Translations under genes and position numbers: made by a program
In this document: positions 48,166-56,333 of the stretch, one piece after another
Position numbering within the stretch: the first letter of the stretch is position 1
How the letters are laid out: each line of letters starts with the position of its first letter
Virus record (IMG/VR): IMGVR_UViG_3300025021_000095
DNA length: 64,000 nt
Direction: 5' to 3' (one strand)
DNA from: an uncultured virus (IMG/VR IMGVR_UViG_3300025021_000095)
Taxonomy: Duplodnaviria; Heunggongvirae; Uroviricota; Caudoviricetes
The notes under the pieces: model-generated
Databases searched by the model: none
What the model saw: only the letters and a program-made list of their open reading frames with translations
What the model was told of the DNA's origin: nothing

Positions 48166-49733
48166 TCCGCCGCCTCGAGACTCGGCCGCTCTCCGGGCTC
48201 CGGCGGCTCGGGCATTTCCGTCGAGAGGCCCGGCGGCCCGACATCGATGCTGAGGTCGAGCCCCTGATAGGGCGTGTCCTTGGCCGTCGCGATGCGCTTG
48301 CGCTCGTCTTCCGGCAGCAGCACGCCGCTGTCGATGTAGGTCTGGGCCGTGCGCGCCTCGAGGTCGCGCACCTCGGCGGCCTCCTTCGCGTCCATCGACC
48401 AGAGCGGCTCGAACTCGTAGCCGATGTCGGGGTCGACGTCGCCGAACTCGTTCAGCTGGACGATGTCGATCACGGTGCGGAGGTGCGGCCCGTAGAACCG
48501 CTCCTGGAACGAGTGGATCGAGTCGTAGAACGTCCTGATCTCGCCCTCGGAGGACGCGTTCAGCCCGGCCGGCGAGATGCCGAGAAGCTTGATAAGCGGC
48601 ACGCCAGAGACGGCCGCCATGTGCTCCTGCGTCTGAGCCTGAAGCGTGTCGAGCGTGCCGAGCGGCGTCGAGACGTTGAAGAACTCCTCCGCCGCCTCCG
48701 TGCCGACGGCCTTGTTCAGCACCATCGTGTTCCGGTTGTCCCGGAGGTTCGTGAACAGGTCGATCCGACGGAAGAAGGCGTCGCCGCTATCGTCACCGCC
48801 GCCCGTCAGCATCGCCGCCATGTCGATCTTCACACCGGAGGTCGAGAAGGACGAGATCAGGTCCGCGACGCTCGCCCGGGTTCGCAACCAGTTGTCGACG
48901 TAGGGCTTGGCCATCTGCGACATCGAGAGGCCGCCGAAGGAGTAGGCCGGCTTCAACAGGTCCGGCACCTCGCGACCGACGAAGGTCAGCAGCCGGGTCG
49001 CATGGACCGGCCTTCCCTGCACGTACCAGAGCGCGGGCTTGTACCAGTCCGCCGCGAGAGGGTTCGTCGTGTTGTAGCCCGAGGGGTAGCACCAGACCGC
49101 CTCAACGGTCTTGAAGCCCTTCAGCTTGCCCTTTCCGACCTTCGCCGCGCTCGCACTGTCGCGGCCGGCACCGATGGACGTCTGCGCCTCGATCGGCTCA
49201 TCGCCGCCTTCGAGGTCGACGTAGAGGTGAGCACGCCCGAAGAACCCGTCCTGTTCCGCGATCTCACGAAACGCATCCCGCACGCCGAAGCGGTCGAGGG
49301 CAGCGTTGATCGCCGAGATGCGTTCCGACTTGTCCTCCTCGCCCGAGGCCGTGACCCGAATCCACTTCCGCACCATCTCGGTGGCGATGATCTCGGAGAT
49401 CTTGCGGTACTCGGGACGCTGGGCGAGCTCCGCGAGATAGGGGTAGCCGAGGAAGTACAGGCCCTCGCCGACCTGCCCGTTGGGATAGGCTCCGTTCGTC
49501 CAGCCCAGGCTATCCACGACCTGCTCGTCCATGGCCAGGGATGCGCCGGCCGGGGCGACGCCTGCAGGATGCCTGGCCGGCAGGAATGGATTGACCGGCG
49601 CCGCCTTGGGAACCCGCGAGCGGGCGACCGCGGCCAGCGGCACCTTGAGGCCCGGCAGCGACGCGGTCTTGCCGACGGGCTCGGCCGCAGGGGATGGCCT
49701 GCGACCGCCGCGAAACCAGTCGAAGAGCCTCAC
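48162..49733 (-). CDS. Portal protein (DUF1073 family)
   Basis: FLGYPYLAELAQRPEY, LKPAYSFGGLS, KLLGISPAGLNASSEGE; follows terL. Confidence 0.88.
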   Translation of the reverse strand: MRLFDWFRGGRRPSPAAEPVGKTASLPGLKVPLAAVARSRVPKAAPVNPFLPARHPAGVAPAGASLAMDEQVVDSLGWTNGAYPNGQVGEGLYFLGYPYLAELAQRPEYRKISEIIATEMVRKWIRVTASGEEDKSERISAINAALDRFGVRDAFREIAEQDGFFGRAHLYVDLEGGDEPIEAQTSIGAGRDSASAAKVGKGKLKGFKTVEAVWCYPSGYNTTNPLAADWYKPALWYVQGRPVHATRLLTFVGREVPDLLKPAYSFGGLSMSQMAKPYVDNWLRTRASVADLISSFSTSGVKIDMAAMLTGGGDDSGDAFFRRIDLFTNLRDNRNTMVLNKAVGTEAAEEFFNVSTPLGTLDTLQAQTQEHMAAVSGVPLIKLLGISPAGLNASSEGEIRTFYDSIHSFQERFYGPHLRTVIDIVQLNEFGDVDPDIGYEFEPLWSMDAKEAAEVRDLEARTAQTYIDSGVLLPEDERKRIATAKDTPYQGLDLSIDVGPPGLSTEMPEPPEPGERPSLEAAE

Positions 49734-51301
49734 CGCCGCCGACCGCCCATCGCCGCGCGCTGGAGAACGGCGTCGTTGATGGCAAGAGGGCGTCGCGCGT
49801 TCGCCAGCTCGTCGAAGGCTCGTGACATGGCGTCGACCTGATCCTTGAACGTGCCGTTCGGGAAGTTCGACACCTCTTCGAGGAAGGCGTCCTGCCAAGC
49901 CCCGTCGCCGACGAGGAAGATGTTGCCCGCCTCGGCCTGCGCCGATACCGGCTCCGCCCGGGTGACCTTGTCGCCACTCTCGGGCGTCGCACGAGCCGTG
50001 AACCCGGCGAGCTGGCGCACGAGGTACTGGGCTTGGCTCTTGCCGGCCTGTCCGGGATCCTGGGGGAGCGAAACCCGGCAGGCTCGGCCATCCTGCTGGG
50101 CTGTGTTGAGGATCAGGCGCTCGACGCCGCCGGGCGAGAGCCGGTCGCGGCGCACGTCCGCGATGTAGAGCGTTCCGTCCGTAGCGCGGCCCATCTTCAG
50201 GCCGGCCGTGTAGGCAGGCTCCGTGCCGGGCCGCTGCTCGGAAGCCGCCAGGTCCCAGGCGCGAACCCAGATGCACCCGGCCGGGGCCGCTCGAACCTTG
50301 CTGAACCAGTGAGGCTTGAACAGGCCGCCCTCTCTCGGAGCCGGCCGCTGTTGATACTGCCCCGCATAGGCGTAGGAGCCCATGTCGCGTTTCAGCTTCT
50401 CGACCGTCTCGCGCGGAAAGCGCACGGGGTCCAGAAGCTCTCCGTCCTGGCTGCGGGGGTCCGAGAAGCCGATGCGGGTCCGGCACCGTCGCTCGGCCTC
50501 GAACTCCATCGGCAAGCAAAGATGCACATACTCCATCCCGAGCTTCAGGATGGTGCCCGACACGTCTTCCTCGTGCAGCCGCTGCATCACGACGACGATC
50601 GCGGATCGCTCCTGATCATTCAGCCGGTTCGTCGCGCCCTCTCGAAATCGGCGCGTCGTCGTCGCTCGCTCGGCAGGGCTCTCCGCAGTTTCCGTCGAGT
50701 GCGGATCGTCGATGATCAGGCGATCGCCGCGCTGAGATGTCAGGGAGCCGAAGGCCACGCCCTCACGGGTGCCCGTGCCACTGTTCGCAAAGGACGTTTC
50801 GCCGGCGCGGGTCAAGGCGACCTCCGGCCAAAGCGCCCGATACCAGTCCGACAGCATGAGATCGCGGCACTTCCGAGTGTCGCGCTTGACTGGGCCGTCG
50901 TTGAAGGCGGTCGTGAGATAGCGGAGCGAGTGGAGGCCGAGCGGACCCCATTCCCAAGCCTGCCACAACACGCTGACGATCAGCGACTTCGATGAGCCCG
51001 GCGGAACGTTGATGAGGACGCGGTTCAGGCGCCCATCGGTGATGGCCTCGAGGTGCTCGCAGACGGCATCGAGATGCCAGTTCCATACGAGCACCGCGTT
51101 GGGCTCCAGGACGTGCCACGCTTCCCGAACAAACCCCGAAAGGCGCTGACACCGGGCTCGAATTCGCTCGGCATCGTGCGCGACGCGACGGGCCTCGGCG
51201 TCACTCGCTCTCTTCCGCCTCTCCGCCCTCACCTGGGCCAGAAGCCCCGTCGGATCCGGCAATTGCAGCGAGGACAGGTTCGAGAGCGGCGAGTTGATCA
51301 T
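49730..51301 (-). CDS. terL: Terminase large subunit
   Basis: INVPPGSSKS Walker A, IIDDPH, MQRLHEED, FPNGTFKDQVDA. Start uncertain. Confidence 0.93.
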   Translation of the reverse strand: MINSPLSNLSSLQLPDPTGLLAQVRAERRKRASDAEARRVAHDAERIRARCQRLSGFVREAWHVLEPNAVLVWNWHLDAVCEHLEAITDGRLNRVLINVPPGSSKSLIVSVLWQAWEWGPLGLHSLRYLTTAFNDGPVKRDTRKCRDLMLSDWYRALWPEVALTRAGETSFANSGTGTREGVAFGSLTSQRGDRLIIDDPHSTETAESPAERATTTRRFREGATNRLNDQERSAIVVVMQRLHEEDVSGTILKLGMEYVHLCLPMEFEAERRCRTRIGFSDPRSQDGELLDPVRFPRETVEKLKRDMGSYAYAGQYQQRPAPREGGLFKPHWFSKVRAAPAGCIWVRAWDLAASEQRPGTEPAYTAGLKMGRATDGTLYIADVRRDRLSPGGVERLILNTAQQDGRACRVSLPQDPGQAGKSQAQYLVRQLAGFTARATPESGDKVTRAEPVSAQAEAGNIFLVGDGAWQDAFLEEVSNFPNGTFKDQVDAMSRAFDELANARRPLAINDAVLQRAAMGGRRR

Positions 51302-51683
51302 CGGACAACTTGCTCAGGTCAACGACCTGGATCGGCCCCCCGTTGGGGCCTGTATGTTGATGGGCAATCTTGTCGCTGTACTTTTTCGGATCCGACTTGC
51401 CCATCAGCCATTTCCTGGCATCGATCATCAGCCGAGCGCGCGCGGCATCTTCGGGATGTCTTTCGTCGGCGATTTCGACGATTTCATCCGCCCAGCTGTC
51501 TGCTTGATCCTCGCGCGCGCGCGTGTAGTGGGTGCGAAAATCTTCGTGCAGGCGGAGCCAGCGTAAGACTGTGACCTTGTCCGGCATGCCCTCGTCGCGG
51601 CAGATCCCGCGCAAGGTCTCTCCCCCGGCAATGCGCTCGCAGATCGTGTCGGCGATCTCTTGGGTGTATGTCGACTTCGCCAC
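51201..51683 (-). CDS. terS: Terminase small subunit
   Basis: YTQEIADTICERIAGGETLR..C...MP..TVLRW, RLMIDARKWL. Confidence 0.88.
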   Translation of the reverse strand: MAKSTYTQEIADTICERIAGGETLRGICRDEGMPDKVTVLRWLRLHEDFRTHYTRAREDQADSWADEIVEIADERHPEDAARARLMIDARKWLMGKSDPKKYSDKIAHQHTGPNGGPIQVVDLSKLSDDQLAALEPVLAAIAGSDGASGPGEGGEAEESE

Positions 51684-51684
51684 G

Positions 51685-51972
51685 CTACTCGCCCGTGCGG
51701 GCCTTCACCGACTTCGGAGCGACGGGCACCTCGGTCTGAACGGGAACAGCCGGCAGCCCCGCGATGGCGACGGCCACGTGCTTCAGCGGATCGAGGCTCG
51801 CGAGCAGGTTGGAGACGGACGCGCGAAGCTCCGCCTCTCGACCATCGAACGCGGCCTTACCGCGATGGTCGTGCGCCGACACGAGGGCGTCGAGCTTCGC
51901 CAGCACGTCATCGCGCGAGCGGTCGAGGCCGGCGAGAAGGCTGTCGAAGGTCGTGTGCAGGGCTTGGGTCAT
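51685..51972 (-). CDS. Hypothetical protein
   Basis: 95 aa coupled ORF. Confidence 0.6.
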   Translation of the reverse strand: MTQALHTTFDSLLAGLDRSRDDVLAKLDALVSAHDHRGKAAFDGREAELRASVSNLLASLDPLKHVAVAIAGLPAVPVQTEVPVAPKSVKARTGE

Positions 51973-52151
51973 CTTTTCGTCCAGTCGTATTCGCCGCGCT
52001 CGAATGCAATCATGAAAATTTCGGTCACCAATTCATAGACTTGGTCGTGTAACCCGCGCTCTGAGAGTTCGCGAGCGAGACAGCGCATTTCATTTAGCGA
52101 TGCTCGCTCCAGCACTAGATCTGGCTGGTCTTCACTGTCGTAGGGCATCAC
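51969..52151 (-). CDS. Hypothetical protein
   Basis: 60 aa coupled ORF, lower GC. Confidence 0.5.
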   Translation of the reverse strand: MMPYDSEDQPDLVLERASLNEMRCLARELSERGLHDQVYELVTEIFMIAFERGEYDWTKR

Positions 52152-52321
52152 GAGCGGTGGTCGGCCTTGAAGGCCTCGAGCATCACGCCGACCGCCTGGA
52201 TCGTCCGGCGGTCTTCCCGCGGAACCACTGCGATGATGACGCGCAAGGCCAGAACGACGATGAGCCGTCGAAGCTCGTAAACGGTGCTGTGCCAGACGCC
52301 GGAAGCGGTCATGACGCTCAC
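52148..52321 (-). CDS. Small hydrophobic hypothetical protein
   Basis: GTGA overlaps at both ends; LIVVLALRVIIAVV. Confidence 0.5.
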   Translation of the reverse strand: MSVMTASGVWHSTVYELRRLIVVLALRVIIAVVPREDRRTIQAVGVMLEAFKADHRS

Positions 52322-53079
52322 GCCGCCTTCGTGACCTGCTTCAGGTCCGAGACTAGGGTGTTGAGGTCGAAGCCTTCGAGGCTGCGGCCGTTCGTCAGGG
52401 ACTCGGCGGTGACGTAGGCCACGGCCTCGTCTGCGTACTTGCGCAGGAAGGCCGGGGTCATCGCCTGAAGCTTGCCCCAGGTCACGCAGACCGGATTGCC
52501 CTCGCGCACGGCCATCAGGGGCACGTAGTGCCCGCCATAGATGCGGGCGCCACGGACGACATCCCAGGCCTTGCCCTCGTCGAACTGGCGCATGGCGCTC
52601 GTGGGGAAGCGGAGGCCGAGGCCGACGAAGCCGAACAGGTAGAGCGCCTGGACGATCTGCTGCGGCTTCTTCGGGTCGAGGGCGAGGTAGGCGATGACCT
52701 GGTGGCGGACGCCGTTGGCGTCGACCACGCCGGTCTTGCGGCGGTAGGAGGCCGCGACCTGCATGTCGGTGCCCTGGTCGGCGTCGGGCCGGGACGGATC
52801 GAAGCCCGTGACCGCGGAGTAGTCCGAGAGCACGCACTGGTCGGTGAAGGAGACAACCCGACCGCCCATGACGTTGGCAAGCATGGTCTCGTGGGCCGCG
52901 CCTGCCCAGACACAATCGCCGTAGTCCGCGTTGCCGAGCATGCCCCAGGGCGCGGTTTCGAGAGCCTCGTGCCCGAAATTGTCCGGGTCGGCCGGCATCG
53001 GGAGCTTCTTCGCCTTGGCGTACTTGGCGAAGGCGAGCTGGATCGCGCCGGGGCGAGCCGGCTTCTTCCCGAGTTTCAT
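52318..53079 (-). CDS. Putative papain-like cysteine peptidase
   Basis: GNADYGDCVWAG (Cys), GGHYV (His), VTWG. Confidence 0.6.
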   Translation of the reverse strand: MKLGKKPARPGAIQLAFAKYAKAKKLPMPADPDNFGHEALETAPWGMLGNADYGDCVWAGAAHETMLANVMGGRVVSFTDQCVLSDYSAVTGFDPSRPDADQGTDMQVAASYRRKTGVVDANGVRHQVIAYLALDPKKPQQIVQALYLFGFVGLGLRFPTSAMRQFDEGKAWDVVRGARIYGGHYVPLMAVREGNPVCVTWGKLQAMTPAFLRKYADEAVAYVTAESLTNGRSLEGFDLNTLVSDLKQVTKAA

Positions 53080-53115
53080 GGAGCGATCCTGTCGAGGGCG
53101 AGCATGGCGCCCCGC

Positions 53116-53421
53116 CTATCGAGGGTCCTGCACGCCAAGCTCTTTCAGCAGATAGGGTAACAATTCGGCTGTCTGACGCAGCCGGTACTCAAGATCATCT
53201 GGCACGCCCCGATGTCCCGGATGACCAAAGATCCCAACAAAGCCTTCGCTACCCGCTTTCGCACGCGCCTCCGCCAGATACGCCTCTTCGCCGATCTCAG
53301 CGATACGAGCGCTCTGAGCTTCGTAGCGGTCCCAAGCTCGGCCATGCAGATCGGCCTCACGTGCTCGCCAAGCCTTGTAAACGAGATCGTACGTCGCGAG
53401 GTCTGGGTTGTCGGAGGTCAT
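53116..53421 (-). CDS. Hypothetical protein
   Basis: 101 aa ORF, GAGG RBS. Confidence 0.6.
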   Translation of the reverse strand: MTSDNPDLATYDLVYKAWRAREADLHGRAWDRYEAQSARIAEIGEEAYLAEARAKAGSEGFVGIFGHPGHRGVPDDLEYRLRQTAELLPYLLKELGVQDPR

Positions 53422-53440
53422 GGCGCCTCGCAGGGGATCG

Positions 53441-53585
53441 TCGATGCGGGCCGGGCTTGATACCGGCTAGGGGCATGTACTGGCTCAGGCCTTTTCGGGC
53501 GCACCTAGGATTGCGGGAAGCACTACCTAGCCCCGTGAATATCCCGCTGGCGATTGCTGCGTGTCCTTCCACGCCGCCGCATCGA
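53441..53585 (-). ncRNA. tRNA-like structured RNA with 91-nt insert
   Basis: TCGATGCGG/CCGCATCGA acceptor-like stem, GCGTG-GAAGGA-CACGC D-like arm, GCCGG-TATCAAGC-CCGGC T-like arm. Confidence 0.55.
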
Positions 53586-53742
53586 TCTCGAAAATCTGAG
53601 GGTCGTCAGGTCTGGACGGAATCCGATCAAAGAGGCGATCGGTTCTCCCCGTCGCCAGGATCGGCAGGGCGCACCCTCGAAGGAGCGCAGCACACACATC
53701 CGGTCGTCCTGGGTGCCATAGATTCAGAACGGATCAGCAGAG

Positions 53743-54048
53743 TCAAGCGGTGATGCCCATAGCGATCTCAATCGCCTCGGACTTGCAACGATCCCACGTA
53801 TCCGCGACTTGCTGCACAGCCGTGATGTATACTTGTCCCCGTCCCGGTGGAGGTATGGCTGGGCCGAAGAGGATCCGCCAGATAACTTTCTGACGACGTT
53901 TGACCTGTCGGTAACGAGCCTTCGTTGAAGCTGAGACCGAGCGTCAGTGTTTCGCACAGATGATCTCCGTGCAGGGCGGAAACCGATCGGCTCGTGCGGT
54001 GCACTTACAATAGGGCACGATGCACGGAATGCGTCCCAGTCTTGACAT
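53743..54048 (-). pseudogene. Cys-rich phage protein with in-frame TGA
   Basis: MSRLGRIPCIVPYC...ICAKH*RSV...WDRCKSEAIEIAMGITA; TGA at codon 35 (53944-53946); start overlaps the NusG stop. Confidence 0.65.
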
Positions 54049-54689
54049 CAAGCGCGCTCCAACTGATGCGGCTCAAAGCGCACAGGCGTTGGCCGACCGA
54101 AGATATCGACGTCAGCCTGGATGTGGCCGGTCTTCAGAAGCTCTGTGACCATCGCGTAGAACGAGGCGAAGGGGCCGTCGGCGACACGCATCGTCTCCCC
54201 GACCCGGTAGAGCGAGGCCGCCTGCATCCGCTCGGACTTGACGTTGCCCGAGAACGCATCGGCGATGGCCTGCATGACACCATGCGGGATGCGCAGCGGC
54301 CCGTCGATGCCGAGGATGGCGGCGACGTGCTGGCACCGACGCATGAGGCGCAGGTCGGCCTCGTCGGGCTTCGGTGCGGGCTGGCCGGAAATCGAATCGG
54401 GGTTTCCGGCTTCGGTCGAAGTCCCAACGAACAGGTAGCCCGGGAACAGGTGAAGCACGCAGTCGACCTTGCGGCCGCGCCGAATGATGGTCGACTCGTA
54501 GACAGGCATCCAGACATCGAGCCCGTCCTCGCGAAGCGCCTTCTCGGCATGGCGGTCTGCCTCGCCCAGCGCCTCGTAGGTCGGGGCGGCGATGTCCCAG
54601 GTCGCCACGACGAACCAGGCGCGATCCGGGTCGATGATGCGGCGTTCGCCGAAGCGGATGTGCTGGCGCTTCCCTCGGGTCCGGCTCAT
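54048..54689 (-). CDS. NusG/RfaH-like antitermination protein
   Basis: WFVVAT, LFPGYLFV, KOW VGETMRVADGPFASF, IFGRPTPV. Confidence 0.88.
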   Translation of the reverse strand: MSRTRGKRQHIRFGERRIIDPDRAWFVVATWDIAAPTYEALGEADRHAEKALREDGLDVWMPVYESTIIRRGRKVDCVLHLFPGYLFVGTSTEAGNPDSISGQPAPKPDEADLRLMRRCQHVAAILGIDGPLRIPHGVMQAIADAFSGNVKSERMQAASLYRVGETMRVADGPFASFYAMVTELLKTGHIQADVDIFGRPTPVRFEPHQLERA

Positions 54690-54693
54690 GGGC

Positions 54694-55182
54694 TCAGGCC
54701 TCTCTGACGCGGCGGGTCAGGCGATCCGCGTTGCGCTCGCCGATGGAGCCCTCGCCCCAGACGAGGGGCAGGTGCTCGTCGCACCAGGAGCCGTGCAGGT
54801 TCGAGCGGCTGATGCGGGTGGGGCGGCCGCAGAAGCGGTGCGCGTCCGACGGGGCGTTGTGCGGGGTGCAGGCGAAGCGGCACTGGCCCTGGCGTAAAGC
54901 GGGCAGCGGCCAATCGCCATCGGCCGGCAGGTGGACTAGTTTGGCCCCGCGGGCGGAAGACTCGTCGACTGCCTCCGGTTTTCTCTGCATGTTCTGCTGC
55001 TTAGCGGGCGGGCGAGCTGGCCGACTTTCAGCTTCGTCGCCCGTCGCCGGCGGCACGCGCTCGGCACCACCCTCCCCAGCAGCGGGGGGAGGCATGGCGA
55101 GACGTAGCGCCGCGACGGCCTTAGCGCGCTGGCGCTCGAACAGCCGGGCGATCGACGAGGGGGCGGTGGCGCGGCGGGCCAT
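54694..55182 (-). CDS. GcrA-like (C-terminal domain) protein
   Basis: LRQGQCRFAC...FCGRPT...SWCDEH. Confidence 0.7.
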   Translation of the reverse strand: MARRATAPSSIARLFERQRAKAVAALRLAMPPPAAGEGGAERVPPATGDEAESRPARPPAKQQNMQRKPEAVDESSARGAKLVHLPADGDWPLPALRQGQCRFACTPHNAPSDAHRFCGRPTRISRSNLHGSWCDEHLPLVWGEGSIGERNADRLTRRVREA

Positions 55183-56333
55183 CACGCCGCCTCACCGATC
55201 AGCAGCCGGGACGGGACCTTGCAGCTCGGCTGGCCGGGCGGCGGACCGAACACGGCCTCGATCCAGTCCGACGGGTTGGCGCGGTGGCGGGCGACCATCT
55301 TGCGGATCGTCTCCTCGGCCCAGCGGCCATGCGGTGCCATGTCGACCATTTCGGCTTCCAGCGTCGGCGCGGCGGCCTTGGCGGGCAGGCCCTGAGAGGT
55401 CCGGGATTCGCGCTGGATCCGGACCCGCTCGGCGACGGCGTTGGCCAACGTGCCCCATGTCCGGATCGGGACGCGCCGGCTGGCGACGAGGTCGAGGATG
55501 GCCGGGACGATCTCGGCCTCGAGGTCGAGGCCGTCGTGCTCGAGCTTCACCATGGGACCGACCACGAAGTCGTTCACCCAGTCCCGTGGCAACTCGCGCC
55601 GGCACCGGGCCTCGACCCGGTCGAAGTTCGCCCTCGAGTTCCAGGCAGGCGGCGGCTCGGCCGCGGCTGTCTGCGGTTCGCGAGGTACAGGTTCACAGGC
55701 TGCTGCCGGTATATTCTCTTTCTTCTTCCTTTCCCCTTCTACTTCTATTGGTGAACGTAACGGTCTGCGTGTGTCGGCCGTGACGGAGACGTTACGATCT
55801 TCGTGACGGACACCGTTACGGCTCTCATCACGTTGGACGTTACGTGCCTCGTGACGTTCCTCGTTACGGACGCCCGTTTCGTTGATTTTGCTCGCCTTTT
55901 TGCCGCCAGACGGCGGGGTCGTGCCGCCCTCGTCCCGAGCATGTCGGGCGCGCGTCGCCGCGGCAGTCCTGTCCTTGCGCTGATCCTTCGCCTTCGCGGC
56001 TCGAAGCACATCCTCGCACAGGACCTGATGATAGTACCTCCCATCCGAGCACAGAACGAAGCCCCGCAGGGCCATTGCCTTGACCTTCTTCCAGCGCCCG
56101 GCGGCGCCGGAGAACGCCGCGAGGAGGCGGTCGTTGTTGGGCAGCGAGCCGGCGGGCTTCTGCTTCCAGGCGTGCCCCCAGAGCGCGACCGCAGCCTTGA
56201 ACTCCTCGCCTGTCGAGAGTGCCCAGAGCTCGGAGTGGAACAGGCGGTCGGTGTGGAGCAGGAAGCCGTTGATCCCGTCGACATCGATGTCGTGCGGCAC
56301 CAGCGGCGCCGGCAGATCGGATTGGGCGGTCAT
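55182..56333 (-). CDS. Replication initiator (DUF1376/YdaU family)
   Basis: LWGHAWKQKPAGSLPNNDRLLA, ALRGFVLCSDGRYYH; downstream of DnaB. Confidence 0.85.
   Translation of the reverse strand: MTAQSDLPAPLVPHDIDVDGINGFLLHTDRLFHSELWALSTGEEFKAAVALWGHAWKQKPAGSLPNNDRLLAAFSGAAGRWKKVKAMALRGFVLCSDGRYYHQVLCEDVLRAAKAKDQRKDRTAAATRARHARDEGGTTPPSGGKKASKINETGVRNEERHEARNVQRDESRNGVRHEDRNVSVTADTRRPLRSPIEVEGERKKKENIPAAACEPVPREPQTAAAEPPPAWNSRANFDRVEARCRRELPRDWVNDFVVGPMVKLEHDGLDLEAEIVPAILDLVASRRVPIRTWGTLANAVAERVRIQRESRTSQGLPAKAAAPTLEAEMVDMAPHGRWAEETIRKMVARHRANPSDWIEAVFGPPPGQPSCKVPSRLLIGEAA
55711..55868. repeat. Iteron array plus purine/AT tract (putative phage origin)
   Basis: CGT(T/G)ACG at 12-bp spacing (55790, 55802, 55814, 55838, 55850, 55862) next to an AT-rich tract at 55711-55749. 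Confidence 0.65.

Noticed and set aside
48162..49733. Anti-CBASS Acb1 label sometimes attached to DUF1073 proteins
   Set aside because: Size and position fit a plain portal; no HxT 2H-phosphoesterase domain seen.
53441..53585. Twister or hammerhead ribozyme (GCCGG..CAAGCCCGG resembles twister P4)
   Set aside because: Lacks the UAA cleavage strand, the T1 pairing and the CUGANGA core; the tRNA-like geometry fits better.
53944..53946. Phage-wide TGA=Trp recoding with a suppressor tRNA
   Set aside because: Many phage genes use TGA as a true stop with ATGA coupling, and the tRNA-like RNA has no identifiable UCA anticodon loop.
55790..55868. CRISPR array
   Set aside because: Repeats are 7 bp at 12-bp period inside a CDS; no spacers or cas genes.
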